Assembly: GCA_045617845.1 (NCBI GenBank)
Contig: JAZLJL010000084.1
Span: forward strand, 1,922 to 65,921
Source of the DNA: Paludibacteraceae bacterium
GTDB lineage: Bacteria > Bacteroidota > Bacteroidia > Bacteroidales > Paludibacteraceae
Direction of reading: 5' to 3'
DNA: 64,000 nucleotides
Positions 29,184 through 37,058 of the stretch are shown in pieces. Numbering within the stretch: the first letter of the stretch is position 1; every line of letters begins with the position of its first letter. The notes under the pieces were generated by a model. It did not search any database. It was not told the origin of the DNA and saw only the letters and a program-made list of their open reading frames with translations. The translations under genes were made by a program, and so were the position numbers.

Positions 29184-29213
29184 ATACGCACGGCATAACA
29201 CGGCCGTGCGTAT
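29184..29213. repeat. Second family hairpin ATACGCACGG-N10-CCGTGCGTAT
   Basis: Arms at 29184-29193 and 29204-29213. The loop cataacacgg contains a partial duplication of the left arm. Confidence 0.7.
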
Positions 29214-29269
29214 TTACAAAGTGGCATATTTTTTGTATTAGATTATATAAACCATTAAAAAAGAACGAT

Positions 29270-30145
29270 ATGAGAAAATGTTTTTTAATAGCACTACTAT
29301 CGATGCTGGTTAGCTTCGTATGTGCACAAGATATCTACGTCTACTCCATCATCGGACAGGCGGAGAAACAGGAGAACGGCAAATGGGTGGCATTGCAGAA
29401 AAGGAATCCACTCCAACTGACCGACATGATCCGTGTAGGTAACAATTCGGCTTTGTCCTTCATCGACCGTAAGGCAGAGAAGATTTATTCCATCTCGCAA
29501 AACAATGGCCAAAAAGTGAGCGAGTTGATCGCCAACTACAAGAGCAAACAAAGCTACGCCTCTAATTTCGTGTCACACGCCTCAAAGTCACTCTTCAACG
29601 GCGGATCGGACAGAATCAGCCATGAGGCGGCAGGTTGTACCTACCGCGGAGACATCGTGGAGAACGACATCGCAAAAGCGATTTTGGCGAAACACAAAGG
29701 TAGCCCACTTGGCTCCATGAACAATGCCAACACTGATTACGCTATCTCCTTCTCTATCCTCGACCGTAGGACGAAAGCTGAATTGGAAGGTGTGGTAGCA
29801 TTGGATAGCCAAGCAGTGTTCAGAATCAAGAACAACAGCGACACTCCGTTGTACGTCAATATCCTCGACATCAACAAAGATGGTGAGAAGTATGATTGCT
29901 TGCCAATCGACGACGCGACCACCATGTCCCACTTGTTGATTCCAGGAAATTGCACGATCGACTTGACCACCTACCCAGTGGAGTTCTCCGAGCCAGTCGG
30001 AACCGACAACCTCATCCTCATCGCCACGGAAGTTCCTTACGACCTTCGTCAAGTGATGAAATATTTCGATAAGGCGGATGCTAACCAAGTCTCCAACTCC
30101 ACTTATCCTGTAGGTGTTTATTGCAAAAAAATTGAAGTAAAATAA
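29270..30145 (+). CDS. Secreted DUF4384-like domain protein
   Basis: Signal peptide MRKCFLIALLSMLVSFVCAQ. The C-terminal block VFRIKNNSDTPLYVNILDINKDGEKYDCLPID...LIPGNCTIDL...VGTDNLILIATEVPYDL matches my recollection of DUF4384, a domain often fused to caspases. Confidence 0.6.
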   Translation: MRKCFLIALLSMLVSFVCAQDIYVYSIIGQAEKQENGKWVALQKRNPLQLTDMIRVGNNSALSFIDRKAEKIYSISQNNGQKVSELIANYKSKQSYASNFVSHASKSLFNGGSDRISHEAAGCTYRGDIVENDIAKAILAKHKGSPLGSMNNANTDYAISFSILDRRTKAELEGVVALDSQAVFRIKNNSDTPLYVNILDINKDGEKYDCLPIDDATTMSHLLIPGNCTIDLTTYPVEFSEPVGTDNLILIATEVPYDLRQVMKYFDKADANQVSNSTYPVGVYCKKIEVK

Positions 30146-30260
30146 TAAATTACGGGTTTCGGAAAGTTTGGCACGGTTTTTGTACTATGTATAATGGCGT
30201 TGTGAAATGCTTTCCTTATAAATTTGTAGTTTAGTTCTAATTTGCGTTTTTTAAAAAGAA

Positions 30261-30290
30261 AAGCCATCCTTTCGGGTGGCTTTCTTTTTT
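30261..30290 (+). terminator. Rho-independent terminator
   Basis: Stem aagccatcc/gggtggctt. Its single wobble pair is U.G on the plus-strand RNA. Followed by tctttttt. Confidence 0.6.
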
Positions 30291-30351
30291 GGGGTAACTC
30301 ACATCACTCAATTGCGGTTGTAAAAACTTTCCACGATTCCTTAAAAAGTTT

Positions 30352-31860
30352 CTACTCGTCGTAATATTGGTAGGAATATGTTGTGATTTTCTGGTTCATA
30401 ATCTGATTCAACACGTTTTTCCGACATGTGATGAGCTCGACACAATTACCATGCTTATCATATCGGTAATTTGTCTTTATTCGACCTCCAAACGCTTCAC
30501 TATCCTTAGCATACAAATGGTCATCCGCATCATAATGCCAGATTACCTTTTCATCATATTTGCCATCTCTTCTTTTGAAAGTGGTATTCTCGACAAGTCG
30601 GCGCTTTTCATCATATTTATTGACGATCTTCCAAGTGGAGCAATATACGCTGTTATAAATCTTTCCCTTGGCGGCGACAATGGAATCTAACCCACCCCAA
30701 TCATTATAAAAATAGTCGACAAGCTGAAACTCCTCTTTCCTGTCAGAAGAGCTCTTTTGTAACGTATCACCTCGTTGGTTAAATGTTGTGGCATAAAAAA
30801 ATGTATCATAAACCATTGCGCCCTTAATGGCACTATCCTCATAGGCACGGAAACTGGTAATGAGTTCCTTCCCTTTTTCCCGGTTTTTCACATTGATATA
30901 TTCACAAATGAGCGTGTCGTTCCGATAGTCCCTGCGTTCATAATCAATGAAAGAGAGGCTATTGTCATCGAATCGTTTTATCGTTTCACTAGGACCACAT
31001 CCTCTGTAGAATGTCCGCTCTTCAATCATTTTCCCCTGTTTATCAAAGATTTGGGTCACCTCACCCATATAAGAGTTGGCATAAGAAAAAACCTTACGTC
31101 CTCTCCTATCGTACCGTTCTATTTTTCCACATTTTTGGGCCGATCTATCATACTCGTAAACACTTTTTAGGTTTCTTTTGTAGTATTCATATCTCTTTAT
31201 AAAAGACGACGAAGAATCCAAAACCACTCTACCCTTCGAATCATAACTACAAACACATCTACTTGTACCATAATTACTTTCGATCAGATTTCCCTGTTTA
31301 TTATAGACTTTTCTTGTGACACTTTCGATGTTGCCAAGTGTGTCATAATAGACCCATGCCGTATCGCGTCCCTCTTTGTCATAATATCTACAGGAAGAAA
31401 GTTGCGCATCTGTATCAAATATAGGCACAGAATTACCACAAAATTTCCCGCGCTTTCGAATCCTATAATAGCGTCCTTCTTGAATGGTCCCATCATCTGA
31501 CACAATAGCTTCATAGTCTAAACCGAAATAATCCTTATTTTGTGTCCTTAAAAGGACGCCACGTTCATTGAAACGTTTGAAATCAAGCAGTGAATCCTTT
31601 TCTCCATTTTTGTGACAATAAGAAACCACATCGTACGATTCACATTGCTTGTCCCTAAAGTAACGAATGGTTTTCTTTTGAATCGTATCCCTCGACCCAT
31701 TACCAAGAGAATCGTAGACGCAAGAGATGGTAAACGATAGGACACTATTCACATCTCCTTCATATACATATTTCTCGACCCCGGTCCATGTGTCATGCTG
31801 AGCCATGAGTGACAGGACGCCACAAGAGAGGGATATCAATAAAGCATAAATGCGTTTCAT
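30352..31860 (-). CDS. Secreted YD/RHS-like repeat protein without recognisable toxin domain
   Basis: The ATG at 31860 gives the signal peptide MKRIYALLISLSCGVLSLMAQ (the listed ORF starts 138 nt earlier). Many YDxxG(N/R/K) units spaced ~20 aa apart (VYDSLGN, YYDKEGRD, YYDTLGN, YNKQGN, YDSKGR, YDRRGR, FDKQGK, YDKHGN). Confidence 0.55.
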   Translation of the reverse strand: MKRIYALLISLSCGVLSLMAQHDTWTGVEKYVYEGDVNSVLSFTISCVYDSLGNGSRDTIQKKTIRYFRDKQCESYDVVSYCHKNGEKDSLLDFKRFNERGVLLRTQNKDYFGLDYEAIVSDDGTIQEGRYYRIRKRGKFCGNSVPIFDTDAQLSSCRYYDKEGRDTAWVYYDTLGNIESVTRKVYNKQGNLIESNYGTSRCVCSYDSKGRVVLDSSSSFIKRYEYYKRNLKSVYEYDRSAQKCGKIERYDRRGRKVFSYANSYMGEVTQIFDKQGKMIEERTFYRGCGPSETIKRFDDNSLSFIDYERRDYRNDTLICEYINVKNREKGKELITSFRAYEDSAIKGAMVYDTFFYATTFNQRGDTLQKSSSDRKEEFQLVDYFYNDWGGLDSIVAAKGKIYNSVYCSTWKIVNKYDEKRRLVENTTFKRRDGKYDEKVIWHYDADDHLYAKDSEAFGGRIKTNYRYDKHGNCVELITCRKNVLNQIMNQKITTYSYQYYDE

Positions 31861-31885
31861 TAAGTACTTATAGTGGGTGAAGAGA

Positions 31886-31893
31886 CAAAAATA
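31886..31893 (-). promoter_or_regulatory. Bacteroidota -7 promoter box (TAnnTTTG on minus strand)
   Basis: Plus-strand caaaaata, 26 nt upstream of the ATG at 31860. Confidence 0.4.
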
Positions 31894-32125
31894 GGAAACT
31901 ATTTCAATAAATGGGGAAGGATGGGCGGAAAGGTAATCAAAAAAACGGATTCCCCCCAACGACCTACACACTAAGAATAAATTGATATTTATATTCACGC
32001 ATCACATAGCCGTTACAGATCCTTATTGCGTACTCGCAGAACCCCATAGGGGTTCCATATTGGCAGAATAATGGATTTGTGACACGTGCACACAACCACA
32101 GAGGGGTTGCATACCATACTACATA

Positions 32126-33331
32126 TTATTCATATTGCTTGGGGGATTCCGCTACCAAATTATAGTTGTCAGAACAATAAGGATAGGGGTTATGATGAGC
32201 ATTCAACTGTTCGTCTTTATACTTCACCACGCCTTTTATCGCCAACTTTTCTTGGGCTGATATGAAGTGTTGCATAAAGGAGTAGTCAATATTACCATCA
32301 GCAGTTAAAGGAATAGAAACATTTTCCGTTTTAATTCTTTCCCATCCTGCCTTTTCCGACCAAGTATAATTGCCTCTTACTGTTTTCTGCAAAACAGAAA
32401 CAAAGAACATATATTCATTTTTTGAAGTATCTTCTTTATTAATATGTTTCATAGCGTAACTATCTTGTAGAACTGTAAACTCATTAGGTTGATAAAACAT
32501 AACGCCTGTATTTGCTCCGTTAGCCGACACACTTATTACATTCTTTAAAATAGTTGCATTTGCTCGTGGAACAAAACACGAAAGTCCTTGATTTTCTATG
32601 CCAGCAGTTAAAGCAGGTAAGTTAAATATGTCATCATGCTTACACTCCAGCTCTTTAACTTTATATTTTAAGCCATTTACTTTAATTTTATCAAACAACT
32701 CCCCAATCTTCCTCTCCTCAAACTTAACCTCGCCATTTCTAAATTTTTCAAGTGCAGCTGTTTCTTCTGCAGTAAGTGTGGTATCATTCAAGCCTGAATC
32801 ATTAAGGAACTTATCTACTTGAAGCATCTTCTCTTCTTCTAACATAGTGATGTATTGCTCCATGTAAGAATAAGATGGTTCGTTATTGAATGTTGGAAGA
32901 AAAACCTCCGTATTGTAAAAAGTTTCTTCAAAATGTCTAACTAAGACACCTAAATACTTCTTTTGGAATCTATTTAACAATGAAATAAAATATAATGCAA
33001 TACGTTCATTAAATTCCGGAAATTTAGGATATGCTGTTTTAGTAAATTGTCCAGCATAAAACTCATCACGCATATAAAAGAACTGCATCCCCATCATTCC
33101 GACCGCGATACTATTTCCTTTTATTAAATGCTCATTATCAAAGAATTCCACACGACCAAATATTCCGTTATTAAAAACTGTTCTTGTAAAATACGGATAC
33201 CTTGCATTATCTGAAAAAACGAAATTGTCTTTATCTAATTGCGGATTAGACTTCAATACAAACAAATCCCCAATTCTCCACTCCTTAAACGCTCCCCCGC
33301 TTGCCTCAAAATCCTCTTTGAGTTTTGTCAA
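32126..33331 (-). CDS. Restriction-modification specificity subunit (HsdS-like, two target-recognition domains)
   Basis: Two TRD-start motifs (EWRIGDLFVLKSN at the N-terminus; ERKIGELFDKIKVNG mid-protein), separated by a helical spacer (YMEQYITMLEEEKMLQVDKFL). 401 aa. Starts 11 nt after the upstream gene. Confidence 0.8.
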   Translation of the reverse strand: MTKLKEDFEASGGAFKEWRIGDLFVLKSNPQLDKDNFVFSDNARYPYFTRTVFNNGIFGRVEFFDNEHLIKGNSIAVGMMGMQFFYMRDEFYAGQFTKTAYPKFPEFNERIALYFISLLNRFQKKYLGVLVRHFEETFYNTEVFLPTFNNEPSYSYMEQYITMLEEEKMLQVDKFLNDSGLNDTTLTAEETAALEKFRNGEVKFEERKIGELFDKIKVNGLKYKVKELECKHDDIFNLPALTAGIENQGLSCFVPRANATILKNVISVSANGANTGVMFYQPNEFTVLQDSYAMKHINKEDTSKNEYMFFVSVLQKTVRGNYTWSEKAGWERIKTENVSIPLTADGNIDYSFMQHFISAQEKLAIKGVVKYKDEQLNAHHNPYPYCSDNYNLVAESPKQYE

Positions 33332-33342
33332 ACGAGGGCTTA

Positions 33343-35397
33343 CTAAAAATTTGCAGCGTCCTCCTTAATGATTGTTGAGAGTTTCCAACTCAAATAGTCC
33401 GCTACTGTCTTGCGAAAATCTGCCTCAGTTGGCATTGTGTCAATCTTGCGGTGCTGGTTGAATGTCCAGTCGTTGCCTTCGAGCGAAATGGAGTCTTTTA
33501 CCACAAGTCCGTTCACTTCAGTATAATAACTTGTCTTTGTCTTACGATTAAGCACAATATCCACCAACTCCGCATATCGTTCCCTTACATGATCCACATC
33601 TTTCAAATTCACTTTAGAATTTGATTTCTTGCGATTCTGTCGGGCATAGCCGTCATTACTAAAATCAACGAAGGTAACAAGATTGTCTGTATCGTGCGGA
33701 GTTCCAACCTCGAACAAATAGATTGCAGTCTGCACACTCGATTTACCTATAAACAAATCTATAGGCATACGGATAGATGCAAGCAAGGTACTATGTTCCA
33801 GAATCTTTTTGGTAAAACCATCGCCCTTGCCACCTCCAGCATTTTCCTGAATAATCACAGCCGCACGACCTTTGTTCATTCTATTCAAAGCCTTTTCTAC
33901 AAAGACAAAACCTTTACCTTCCGCTGAATACGGAGGATTTAATAAGAACACATCGGCAGGGAATTCCTCATCTTTGTTCATTCCTTGCTCATATTTTCCT
34001 TCGTACTCCTTTAAGGAATCCTTATTAAGAATATGGCTTGAACCGTCCTTCATTAATATCATATTAAGCACAGCAAGAACATAAATATCTTGTCTAAGTT
34101 CAATACCGAGCAACTGGTTTACCTTAATACTTGCAATCTTTTCCTTACGTTCATCTTCACTTTGAATTGTTTTGTTGGCATCGTCAATCATCAATTTCAT
34201 TGCCGAAACAAGGAATCCTGCACTACCGGTTGCCCAGTCCCAAACATAACTGTCCTTGTTGACCTTGCACAACTTTGCCATAAGTTCGGTTACATAGCGT
34301 GGAGTAAGCACAACATCATTTTTTTCATCATCGCTTGCGCGCTCCGTAATCCAGCCTGTTAACACATTAAGCAGTTTTCCTGTGAAATCAATATGCACTT
34401 CCTCACCCATAGTGAAGATTGGCATGATTTCCTCTTTGACATAAATAAAGGCTGTCTTAATGGTACTTTCACCATTATTAGACTTATAATAAAGCGCATC
34501 ATTCAGTATTCCTTTGTAGAGCGAATATATATTGTCGAGCTTTTCTTGTGGGATGTGCTTCTCATTCAAGAACACTTTAATCTTTCTCAAAATAATTGCT
34601 CCATCATGGTCTTCCTCAGTCTGCAGACCTTTCAAATCCTCAATCTCAAGAGGAGGAACTTTACCTTCCACGCCAAGTGCAGCCATAATTAAAGCACACA
34701 CCAATTTCAATCGGTCTTTAGGCTCTGACACACGCATCTTATCGCGCATATCCTGATTAAGTTCGGCAAGGGTATTCTCGATACGATCTTCTAACTCACG
34801 AGTCTGACGTTCTTTCTCGTCATCTGAAAGGAGAATGTCTTTAAGTTTAGTTTCAAGAGCAGAAAGGTTTTCTGATTTTAGGAAAGAAAAGTCGGTGTAG
34901 TCATCAATCTTTTTGGGGCAATACATATTTGTTTTGCTCACAAAATAAACGCCCATCTCTGTGTTTATAGTACTACCCGATTCATAACCATTAAATCCAA
35001 TAGCAATAACCTCACTAAAAGATTTAGAGATTCGTGCGACGGCTTCGGAATAATGCACCGCTCCATTTACTGCGTATTTCTTTATATGTTTGTAAAGCGG
35101 TTTACCATTATCGTCTTGATTATGAACTTCCCCATTCTCCAACTTTTCGAAATCACCTTTTGTCCCCTTCACCTCTATCATTACAGGAACATACTGCTGA
35201 CTACTTGGAAGTTTAATCAAACACTTTATATCAGGGTAATTTCCACCTTGACCACCGGATTTTGACTTTGCGCTTTGTAATGCGTGGTCTATTTCACTAT
35301 TGATATTATCGGTTTTTATGTGGTATTGCACACCCAATTTGTCGAGTTGCTTTTTTGCAATATCCTCGACTTTCTCTTCGATACTTTTCGCCGCCAT
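33343..35397 (-). CDS. N6-adenine DNA methyltransferase (gamma class) with ~330-aa N-terminal extension carrying a PD-(D/E)xK-like motif; candidate BcgI-like Type IIB RM subunit A
   Basis: Motif I VWDWATGSAGFLVSA lies upstream of motif IV FLLNPPYS (gamma order). The N-terminus YPDIKCLIKLPSSQQYVPVMIEVKG fits D-X19-E-x-K. No separate hsdR-like ORF is present in the window. Confidence 0.75.
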   Translation of the reverse strand: MAAKSIEEKVEDIAKKQLDKLGVQYHIKTDNINSEIDHALQSAKSKSGGQGGNYPDIKCLIKLPSSQQYVPVMIEVKGTKGDFEKLENGEVHNQDDNGKPLYKHIKKYAVNGAVHYSEAVARISKSFSEVIAIGFNGYESGSTINTEMGVYFVSKTNMYCPKKIDDYTDFSFLKSENLSALETKLKDILLSDDEKERQTRELEDRIENTLAELNQDMRDKMRVSEPKDRLKLVCALIMAALGVEGKVPPLEIEDLKGLQTEEDHDGAIILRKIKVFLNEKHIPQEKLDNIYSLYKGILNDALYYKSNNGESTIKTAFIYVKEEIMPIFTMGEEVHIDFTGKLLNVLTGWITERASDDEKNDVVLTPRYVTELMAKLCKVNKDSYVWDWATGSAGFLVSAMKLMIDDANKTIQSEDERKEKIASIKVNQLLGIELRQDIYVLAVLNMILMKDGSSHILNKDSLKEYEGKYEQGMNKDEEFPADVFLLNPPYSAEGKGFVFVEKALNRMNKGRAAVIIQENAGGGKGDGFTKKILEHSTLLASIRMPIDLFIGKSSVQTAIYLFEVGTPHDTDNLVTFVDFSNDGYARQNRKKSNSKVNLKDVDHVRERYAELVDIVLNRKTKTSYYTEVNGLVVKDSISLEGNDWTFNQHRKIDTMPTEADFRKTVADYLSWKLSTIIKEDAANF

Positions 35398-35437
35398 GCC
35401 GTCTATGTTTTCGTGCGCTCACTTATCCATTTCAGCA

Positions 35438-35580
35438 GTAACGGGCAATCATTTTGGCCAAAAAGAACGTGGACTCAACATTATCCACATCCTGAGGCCG
35501 TGAGATTGCCCGTAATTACAGATAAGTCAAGCCCACGCCATACGACGCAGGCATTTACTGACTTATTCGAGTAATTACAT
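35438..35580 (-). other. Structured non-coding leader: two long nested hairpins, each preceded by TGTAATTAC
   Basis: Hairpin A has nested stems acgggcaatc(35441-50)/gattgcccgt(35504-13), ggcc(35456-59)/ggcc(35496-99) and gtgga(35469-73)/tccac(35484-88). Hairpin B is ataagtca(35522-29)/tgacttat(35559-66). Plus-strand gtaattaca occurs at 35512-20 and 35571-79. No minus-strand ORF longer than 13 codons. Confidence 0.3.
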
Positions 35581-35622
35581 TTATCTAAAATTTCTCACGT
35601 TTCAGAATGATACCGAATAAAT

Positions 35623-35650
35623 AGCAAACGCTATGATTAATAATATGTTA
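35623..35650. repeat. 28-bp core (agcaaacgctatgattaataatatgtta), copy 1, upstream of the RM gene
   Basis: Identical to 36712-36739, with looser similarity extending about 65 bp in total. Confidence 0.85.
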
Positions 35651-35678
35651 ATTCAAAAATCTTTCTGTTTTGTAATAT

Positions 35679-36686
35679 TTATTTTTCTAATTTATTTCTT
35701 TCCTTTTCGAGTTCTAGTTTCAACTCTTCCTCTGAAGGCAAAGTTAATTTATATTTAGATGCGAATATCTGTTTTGCATCGTTTAAAACGGAATATTTTA
35801 CAATTGCTTCGTTCTTTTCGGAACACAATATCAAGCCAATTGTAGGGTTATCATCTGTCTGCTTGGTTAATTCATCAAACATTCGAATGTAACTATCCAT
35901 TTGTCCAACATCGCCATGAGTCAATTTCCCTAATTTAAGGTCAATCAACACATAACATTTAAGAATGCTGTTATAAAATACCAAATCAACATAAAAATCT
36001 TCTTCTTCATAACGCATCCGCTTCTGGCGAGCCACAAAACAAAATCCCTTTCCCAATTCAAGTAAGAAATCTTGGAGATGCGAGATCAAAGACTTCTCTA
36101 TATCAGATTCATGCAAAGATGGATAATCTTTCAAATTAAGGAAATCCAAAACGTATGGATCACGAATAAACTCCAACGGTGAAATTTGCGACAACTTCTC
36201 TTTTGCCTCTGCTACGACTGATTCTTTTTCTTTGCTCGAAAGTAATCGTTCATAGTATAGTGTCGATATTTGTCGGTCGAGTTGTCTTGTCGACCAAACT
36301 TCGTTGGCAGCCTCATTCATATACCACAATCGAGACTCGTTATTATCAACGCTAAGCAATCGTCGATAATGGCTCCAACTTAATTCGGGACGCAGTGTGT
36401 CCCGAATTTGAAATAACTGATAAAACTGACGCATTTTTCTGAGTTCTCTTTCATCGAATCCTTTTCCGAACTCGTTTGTAAGACGTTCTGCCAAGTTTTT
36501 CAGCACCTGTTTGCCATATTCGGCACGTTCCCACTTCAACTCATCTTCGGTTATCAAACGACCTATCTCCCAATAAGCTGTTACCATTGTGAAATTTATA
36601 GCACGATATGCCGTCTGTCTTGCTTTTTGCAAAACGGAAGAAATCGCGATGTATAAATTATTATTGCTTATTAAATTCTCTGGCAT
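35679..36686 (-). CDS. DUF1016/YhcG-family PD-(D/E)xK nuclease
   Basis: Helical N-terminal region (YWEIGRLI..), then a nuclease core DLVFYNSILKCYVLIDLKLGKLTHGDVGQMDSY (D...D-L-K). Confidence 0.85.
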   Translation of the reverse strand: MPENLISNNNLYIAISSVLQKARQTAYRAINFTMVTAYWEIGRLITEDELKWERAEYGKQVLKNLAERLTNEFGKGFDERELRKMRQFYQLFQIRDTLRPELSWSHYRRLLSVDNNESRLWYMNEAANEVWSTRQLDRQISTLYYERLLSSKEKESVVAEAKEKLSQISPLEFIRDPYVLDFLNLKDYPSLHESDIEKSLISHLQDFLLELGKGFCFVARQKRMRYEEEDFYVDLVFYNSILKCYVLIDLKLGKLTHGDVGQMDSYIRMFDELTKQTDDNPTIGLILCSEKNEAIVKYSVLNDAKQIFASKYKLTLPSEEELKLELEKERNKLEK

Positions 36687-36711
36687 TGATTTGAAATGAT
36701 TTCAGAATAGC

Positions 36712-36739
36712 AGCAAACGCTATGATTAATAATATGTTA
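36712..36739. repeat. 28-bp core (agcaaacgctatgattaataatatgtta), copy 2, upstream of the DUF1016 gene
   Basis: Identical to 35623-35650. Lies 26-53 nt upstream of the ATG at 36686. Confidence 0.85.
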
Positions 36740-36789
36740 GGTTAACAATTTCCCCGTTTTGTATGATTAATTTTCGTTCAACTTTATTG

Positions 36790-36797
36790 CAAATATA
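36790..36797 (-). promoter_or_regulatory. Bacteroidota -7 promoter box (TAnnTTTG on minus strand)
   Basis: Plus-strand caaatata (= TATATTTG), ~104 nt upstream of the DUF1016 ATG. No comparable box lies between the DUF1016 stop and the RM start. Confidence 0.4.
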
Positions 36798-36924
36798 CAA
36801 AAAATAAGCTGTGGAATAGATTATGAAGGCATCTCTTGTTTAGGGTAGAAACTTTACTTTAACTTAGGAACGCTTCCCCTTACTATATCCCCCTACCAAT
36901 AGGAATAACATATAGATATGCCCT

Positions 36925-36957
36925 AAAACAAAAAAAGCCGACCCGTAAAAGTCAGCT
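36925..36957 (-). terminator. Rho-independent terminator of tRNA-Phe
   Basis: The minus-strand RNA stem AGCUGAC/GUCGGCU contains one U.G pair (C.A on the plus strand), followed by a UUUUUUGUUUU run. Confidence 0.6.
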
Positions 36958-36965
36958 TTTTTGTG

Positions 36966-37038
36966 TGGTACCACCAGGAATCGAACCGGGGACACAAGGA
37001 TTTTCAGTCCTTTGCTCTACCAACTGAGCTATGGCACC
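36966..37038 (-). tRNA. tRNA-Phe (anticodon GAA), 73 nt, CCA not encoded
   Basis: Minus strand reads GGTGCCATAGCTCAGTTGGTAGAGCAAAGGACTGAAAATCCTTGTGTCCCCGGTTCGATTCCTGGTGGTACCA. Folded by hand, it gives a 7-bp acceptor stem (G4.U69), D arm GCTC/GAGC, anticodon stem AAGGA/TCCTT with loop CTGAAAA, and a T loop TTCGATT whose stem has one C51.U63 mismatch. Confidence 0.88.
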
Positions 37039-37058
37039 ATTTTTTCGTTTTTGCACTG

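Noticed and set aside
30150-36965. Calling the whole AT-rich patch an integrative genomic island
   Set aside because: No integrase, recombinase or transposase ORF is present. I could not find a direct repeat of the tRNA-Phe 3' end at the far side. It is reported only as a hypothesis under the tRNA finding.
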